NCBI GenBank assembly: GCA_038046785.1
Contig: JBBSVM010000003.1
Coordinates: forward strand, 74,073-138,072
DNA: 64,000 bases
Direction: 5' to 3'
Origin: Thermoplasmatota archaeon
GTDB lineage: Archaea; Thermoplasmatota; E2; JACPAO01; JAHFTW01
The notes under the pieces were generated by a model, which made no database searches, had not been told where the DNA came from, and worked only from the letters and a program-made list of their open reading frames with translations. The position numbers and the translations under genes are program-made. Positions within the stretch are counted from its first letter, which is position 1, and every line of letters starts with the position of its first letter. This document shows positions 60,026-64,000 of the stretch, piece after piece.

Positions 60026-63000
60026 CCCGCCACCATCGCCTTGCGGTCAAGCTCGGCGGCGCTCACCGCGAGAACCTTGCCATCGAGCATGAAGAACCGC
60101 ACGCCAACGCGGCCGGTCGGCCCCTCGACGGTGGCGCCGCCCGACCCATCCGGGATGACCTGGTGGGCGCGCAGGTCCGCCTTCAGGCCGACGCCGGCGC
60201 GCTTGAGAGCGGCTTCTTTGGCGGCCCACATGCAGGCCACCTCCGCCTTGGCGTCGGCGGCGGAGAGCAGGTGGCGCAGCTCGTTGACCGAGAAAGCCTC
60301 CTCCAGGAAGGCTTGCGGCCGCTCTTCGACGGTCTCCAAGTCGATGCCAATGGGAGCGTCGGAGAGGGCGGCCAGGGCGAGTCCGTCCCGGTGCGTGATG
60401 CTGAGCTGCAGCCCGGTGTCGGAGCCTTCGAGGAACAGCCGAGGCTTGCCCTTGTCGTCGCCGCGCACCTCGAAGTCGCGCAGGCTCGTACCGGGATGGG
60501 TGTCTACGGCCACTTGTTTGGCGGCGAGGCGGCCGGCGCGCCATTCGTCGGCCCGCTTGGCGACCGGGAACGCGCCGTGGATGCGAGACTCTTCCAGGCT
60601 GAAGTTGGCAGGCTCGCACGCCTTCGACTCGACGCGCACCGCGACGATGTGGGCGCGCTCCAGATGGGGCAGCGGGACGTCGGCGACATGGATGCGCAGA
60701 GCGTTCGGGGCGTGTGCAGCGCCGCCATTGGCTGCGGCACCGGGCGCGCTGGCGCTCCCCGTCGCAACCGGCGCCGAGGCGGGGCCGGTCTCCACCATGC
60801 TGAAGCCGGTGAGGCGGACCAGGACTGTGCCGTCGGAGGCGACCGCTTCCGCGTCGAAGGTGCGGTTGCCGGCCGGGTCGCGACCTGTAGGTTTGGCGCG
60901 CAAGCGCACATCGGGCGGCAGGATGGCGCTGTGCCATGCGACGCGGGCGATGCCGGCTGGGAGGCTCATGCGGTGCTCCGCCGCAAGGGTGCGCAGGCCG
61001 CAGGTCTGGAACAGCGCCTCGACCAGCATCGGCTCGGCCGCAAACGTAGCAGGCCCGGCACCGAAGTGGGGCTCGGTTGGGTTGCGGAACTGCGCCACCG
61101 CCTCGCCATCGAGGGGCCCGGCGAACTCCAGGACCTGGAAGCTCGGGCCGTGGAAGAAGGGCGGATAGATGCCGCCACGCTTGAGGCGTCGGTCGCAGAG
61201 CGGAACCGCCGCGCGGGGTGCAGTGGCGGGGACGGCCAAAGTGAGGGTCGCCTCGAAGTGCAGCTTCGGCTCGCCGACCGGCTTGCCGTCGGGGCCGTGG
61301 AATTGGCTGGTGAGCCGGCACGCCACCTTGACCTCCTTGCCCTCGAGCCGGGTCGCGGTGAGGATGCCGCGCTGCGGTGTCGCCTTGAGCTGCTTGAGCG
61401 GCAGGGCGAATCGGACATTCTCCGCCGCGACGACGCGGTGGTCGGCGGGGGCAAGAAGGAGCGCCGCCTCAGCGAACGCCTCGAGTCCGAAGACACCGGG
61501 AAGGTAGGGCACGCCGTCCACTTTGTGGTCGGCAAGGCCGGAGTCGCGCGCCTGATCCACGATGACGGTGGCGGTGAGGCTCTTGTCGGGGACGATGGAA
61601 TCGATGGATGAGAGCAGGCGGAAGCGTTCCCCTTTCTCGGTGAGGACCTGGTTGGCCACCTCGACGGCGAGGTCGAATCCCTTCTCGACCACTTGGCCGT
61701 CCGCGTCGATGGCGCCAAGCGTTCCCGCAACCACCGATTCGCGGATGCCGGGCTGGGCCAGCTCCGCGAGGAAGTGGCGCACGCCCTCGGCGGTCGGGAT
61801 GGGCGTCACGCCAGAGGCGTGCATGATCTGCAGGATGCTTCCCTTCGTCGCCATGCCCACTTCGCCCCACGGCCCCCACGCAATGGTGGTGCCGACGAGG
61901 CATTTGCGGCGCGCAGCCTCCTGTTTCACGGCCTTGGCGAGGTACTCGTTGGCGGCGGAATAGTCGGTCTGGCCGATGTTGCCAAAGCGGCCAGCCACCG
62001 AGCCGAAGGCGACGAGGAAGCTGAGTTTGTCGTCGCGGGTTGCCGCCATGAGGGCATCCCAGCCTTTCGCCTTGACATTGAAGACGGAATCGAACTGGGC
62101 GCGCTCCTTGGAGGCGAGGTCCTTGCTAATCTCCAGGCCGGCCGCGTGGATGACGCCGTCGATGCGGCCGAACTGGGCGCGCGCGAACGTGACCGCCTCG
62201 GCGACCGCTTTCGCATCGGCGACATCGACGGGGGCGTAGATGACCGTGGCACCGAGGGCCTGGAGCCGCTCCAGGTTGCGGTGGACTTCCGCCGCTTTCT
62301 GCTTGGGCGCGAGGGCCTTCTGGATGGTGACCGGAGTGACCTTCTCGCCGCGCGTTTTGAGGTCGGCAACAAGAGTGGTCTCCAACGCTTTCCAACCGGC
62401 TGCATCGAGCGCTGCGAGGGCTGCTGCGTCAGAGGTCAGCTCGGTGCGGCCAAGCAACAGGAGGTTGGGATTCTGCGCTGCGAGGGCGGCCAGCAACTCC
62501 ACGGTGATGCCCTGCGCTCCGCCCGAGACGACCAGGCTCTTGCGCTCGACATCGAGCTCTGCGGCAGGCAATTCCTGCGGCGCGACCTCGACGATGAAGC
62601 GGGCGCCGTCGCGGCCGTATGCGACCTCTGTGCGCTTGCCGCCGCGCGTCAGTTCGGCGAGGAGTTTCTTGGAGGCGTCGCCCGCCTCGGGGTGGATGTC
62701 CACCACTTTGACGACCGCTTGCGGCAGCTCCTTCTTGATGGCCTTGCCAAGCCCCGCGAGGGCGGCCATTCCAGCGTCGCGGACATGGTGCAGGCCGTGC
62801 GAGCCGTCCTGCCGCGTCACGACGAGGACGAACGTCCCCTCGGTAAGGCTTGCGCGGTGGAGTTTGGCAGCGTCGAAGAGCGGGCCGCAGCGCTCGAGCG
62901 CGGTCAAGCCGTTGCGGGAAGCGACCGCGACGAGGCCGACCGGAACCTGGCCGGAGGCGAGTTGATGGAGCGGGTTGAACCCTGCCGCCGTGAGGGCGTC

Positions 63001-64000
63001 GGCGATGTGGTTGTCGGGGTCGCCCAGCAGAAGGACCGGGCCGGGGCGCAGCGTGTTCGGTTCGCTGGGAAGGTCCTGGGGACGAACCTGCGGGATGCGG
63101 CGGAGAATGACGCCGGAACTGTCCACCGATTTTGCCGATGGTAGCGATGTCGGCATCTGCGAAATCGGTGCAATCGGTGGCTGGGCAGGGGCGGCAACGG
63201 GCGCACTGTTCTGCAGGACAAAGCCGGCGACCTTGCGCAGCGTGGGGTAGTCCTTGATTTGCAGCCCCTCGGCAAGCGGGATGTTGTAGGCGGTGCGCAC
63301 CTCGCCAAAGAGTTCCGCTTGCTTCACCGTGTCAATGCCCAAATCCGCCTCCATGTCGAGGTCGGGCTCCAGCATCTCGGCGGGGTAGCCGGTCTTGGCG
63401 GCAACGAGGTCGATGACTTTGCGCAGGACGGCAGCTTCGTCGCGGCCGCCGCCGGACGGAGTCGCAGATTTCACAGATTCGCTCTGCTTGTGAACTGCTG
63501 GGCTCTGCGCAATCTGCGGAATCTGAGACAGAGCCGGGGCAGGAGGCGTCGGTGCGACCCCGCCGATGCGGCTCTGCATGTACCCGGCCACTTTTGCAAG
63601 AGTCGGGTAGTCCTTGATCTGCACCGACTGGTCGGCAGCGATGCCGTAATGCTCGCGCAGCAGACCGAAGATTTCCGCCTGCTTCACCGTGTCAATGCCC
63701 AGGTCCGCCTCCATGTCGAGGTTGGGGTCGAGCAGGTCTTTCGGGTAGCCGGTCTTCTCAGCGACCACTTGGATGAGTTTGTCGAGGACATCGCCCGACG
63801 CCGCGACGGGAGCCGCCGGAGTCGCAGATTTCACAGATGGCGCAGAAACGGGAGTCTGCGGATTCTGCGGCATCTGCGGTTGGGTGAGCGTCGGAGTGGA
63901 GCCGCCTGCGGTCCGGGCCTGCATGTAGGCCGCGACCTTGGCGAGCGTGTTGTAGTCCTTGATCTGCACCGACTGGTCGGCCGCGATGCCGTAATGCTCC
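60022..64000 (-). CDS. C-terminal ≥1315 aa of a type-I PKS / PUFA-synthase-like megaenzyme: tandem ACP-like domains (≥3 in window), then KR, then PKS-type DH, then a C-terminal 4'-phosphopantetheinyl transferase domain; the N-terminus (KS/AT expected) is beyond the window
   Basis: ACP-like: DLDMEADLGIDTVKQAE[IL]FG repeated at ~100-aa period with Pro/Ala linkers. KR: SLVVSGGAQGITVEL...GRIDGVIHAAGL...YSAANEYL. DH: HKVDGVPYLPGVFGLEAFAEAA (HxxxGxxxxP). PPTase: GKPRLF...LSITHRDGLALAA...IGIDLETV...WAAKEAALKRAGVGL. Confidence 0.8.
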   Translation of the reverse strand, partial: EHYGIAADQSVQIKDYNTLAKVAAYMQARTAGGSTPTLTQPQMPQNPQTPVSAPSVKSATPAAPVAASGDVLDKLIQVVAEKTGYPKDLLDPNLDMEADLGIDTVKQAEIFGLLREHYGIAADQSVQIKDYPTLAKVAGYMQSRIGGVAPTPPAPALSQIPQIAQSPAVHKQSESVKSATPSGGGRDEAAVLRKVIDLVAAKTGYPAEMLEPDLDMEADLGIDTVKQAELFGEVRTAYNIPLAEGLQIKDYPTLRKVAGFVLQNSAPVAAPAQPPIAPISQMPTSLPSAKSVDSSGVILRRIPQVRPQDLPSEPNTLRPGPVLLLGDPDNHIADALTAAGFNPLHQLASGQVPVGLVAVASRNGLTALERCGPLFDAAKLHRASLTEGTFVLVVTRQDGSHGLHHVRDAGMAALAGLGKAIKKELPQAVVKVVDIHPEAGDASKKLLAELTRGGKRTEVAYGRDGARFIVEVAPQELPAAELDVERKSLVVSGGAQGITVELLAALAAQNPNLLLLGRTELTSDAAALAALDAAGWKALETTLVADLKTRGEKVTPVTIQKALAPKQKAAEVHRNLERLQALGATVIYAPVDVADAKAVAEAVTFARAQFGRIDGVIHAAGLEISKDLASKERAQFDSVFNVKAKGWDALMAATRDDKLSFLVAFGSVAGRFGNIGQTDYSAANEYLAKAVKQEAARRKCLVGTTIAWGPWGEVGMATKGSILQIMHASGVTPIPTAEGVRHFLAELAQPGIRESVVAGTLGAIDADGQVVEKGFDLAVEVANQVLTEKGERFRLLSSIDSIVPDKSLTATVIVDQARDSGLADHKVDGVPYLPGVFGLEAFAEAALLLAPADHRVVAAENVRFALPLKQLKATPQRGILTATRLEGKEVKVACRLTSQFHGPDGKPVGEPKLHFEATLTLAVPATAPRAAVPLCDRRLKRGGIYPPFFHGPSFQVLEFAGPLDGEAVAQFRNPTEPHFGAGPATFAAEPMLVEALFQTCGLRTLAAEHRMSLPAGIARVAWHSAILPPDVRLRAKPTGRDPAGNRTFDAEAVASDGTVLVRLTGFSMVETGPASAPVATGSASAPGAAANGGAAHAPNALRIHVADVPLPHLERAHIVAVRVESKACEPANFSLEESRIHGAFPVAKRADEWRAGRLAAKQVAVDTHPGTSLRDFEVRGDDKGKPRLFLEGSDTGLQLSITHRDGLALAALSDAPIGIDLETVEERPQAFLEEAFSVNELRHLLSAADAKAEVACMWAAKEAALKRAGVGLKADLRAHQVIPDGSGGATVEGPTGRVGVRFFMLDGKVLAVSAAELDRKAMVAG
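63300..64000. repeat. near-identical ~300-bp tandem DNA repeats encoding the ACP-like domains
   Basis: 63618–63657 is essentially identical to 63961–64000 (gatctgcaccgactggtcggc[a/c]gcgatgccgtaatgctc). agtcgcagatttcacagat recurs at ~63468 and ~63826. Confidence 0.8.

Overview
This 64 kb window has about 68% G+C, is densely coded on both strands, and is almost certainly from an archaeal chromosome. The clearest evidence is a ribosomal L44e / S27e / aIF2-alpha / Nop10 gene cluster (23.4–26.3 kb), an Orc1/Cdc6 gene, and a two-subunit 2-oxoacid:ferredoxin oxidoreductase. The proteins are not acid-shifted, so it is not haloarchaeal-like. Housekeeping content includes a valyl-tRNA-synthetase-like gene, TCA and beta-oxidation enzymes (isocitrate dehydrogenase, aconitase, fumarase, acyl-CoA dehydrogenase, enoyl-CoA hydratase, acyl-CoA thioesterase, an FAH-family hydrolase), an ABC-2 exporter, a class-V aminotransferase (cysteine-desulfurase-like) and a hybrid histidine kinase. 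There are many exported lipobox (LAGC-type) lipoproteins, four of them paralogous with a carboxypeptidase-regulatory-like domain, and two paralogous membrane-anchored tandem-wHTH regulators.

Notable items, in rough order of interest:
- At the right edge, a truncated large gene encodes tandem ACP-like domains (with Thr at the canonical Ser site), then KR, then a PKS-type DH, then a C-terminal fused phosphopantetheinyl transferase. This resembles a PUFA-synthase or enediyne-PKS architecture. It is 4-nt-overlap-coupled to bioY, biotin carboxylase and BCCP.
- The conserved L44e-S27e | aIF2a-Nop10 cluster is split by a ~1.3 kb low-GC insertion carrying a GIY-YIG nuclease-like gene and a hicB-hicA toxin-antitoxin pair.
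- Three loci carry a displaced second copy of a gene's 3' coding end (a DUF54-like protein, icd, and the FAH-family gene), each diverged mostly at synonymous sites. One pair is separated by a cassette of four perfect GC hairpins.
- A 1392-aa protein combines helix-hairpin-helix motifs, a zinc ribbon and very long E/K/A/R-rich regions.
- A triad of paralogous KaiC-fold-like proteins without a P-loop sits beside orc1.

No rRNA, tRNA or CRISPR array was found. The high G+C produces many long spurious antisense ORFs, which I rejected. Coordinates for small elements that I located by eye may be off by 2–3 nt.
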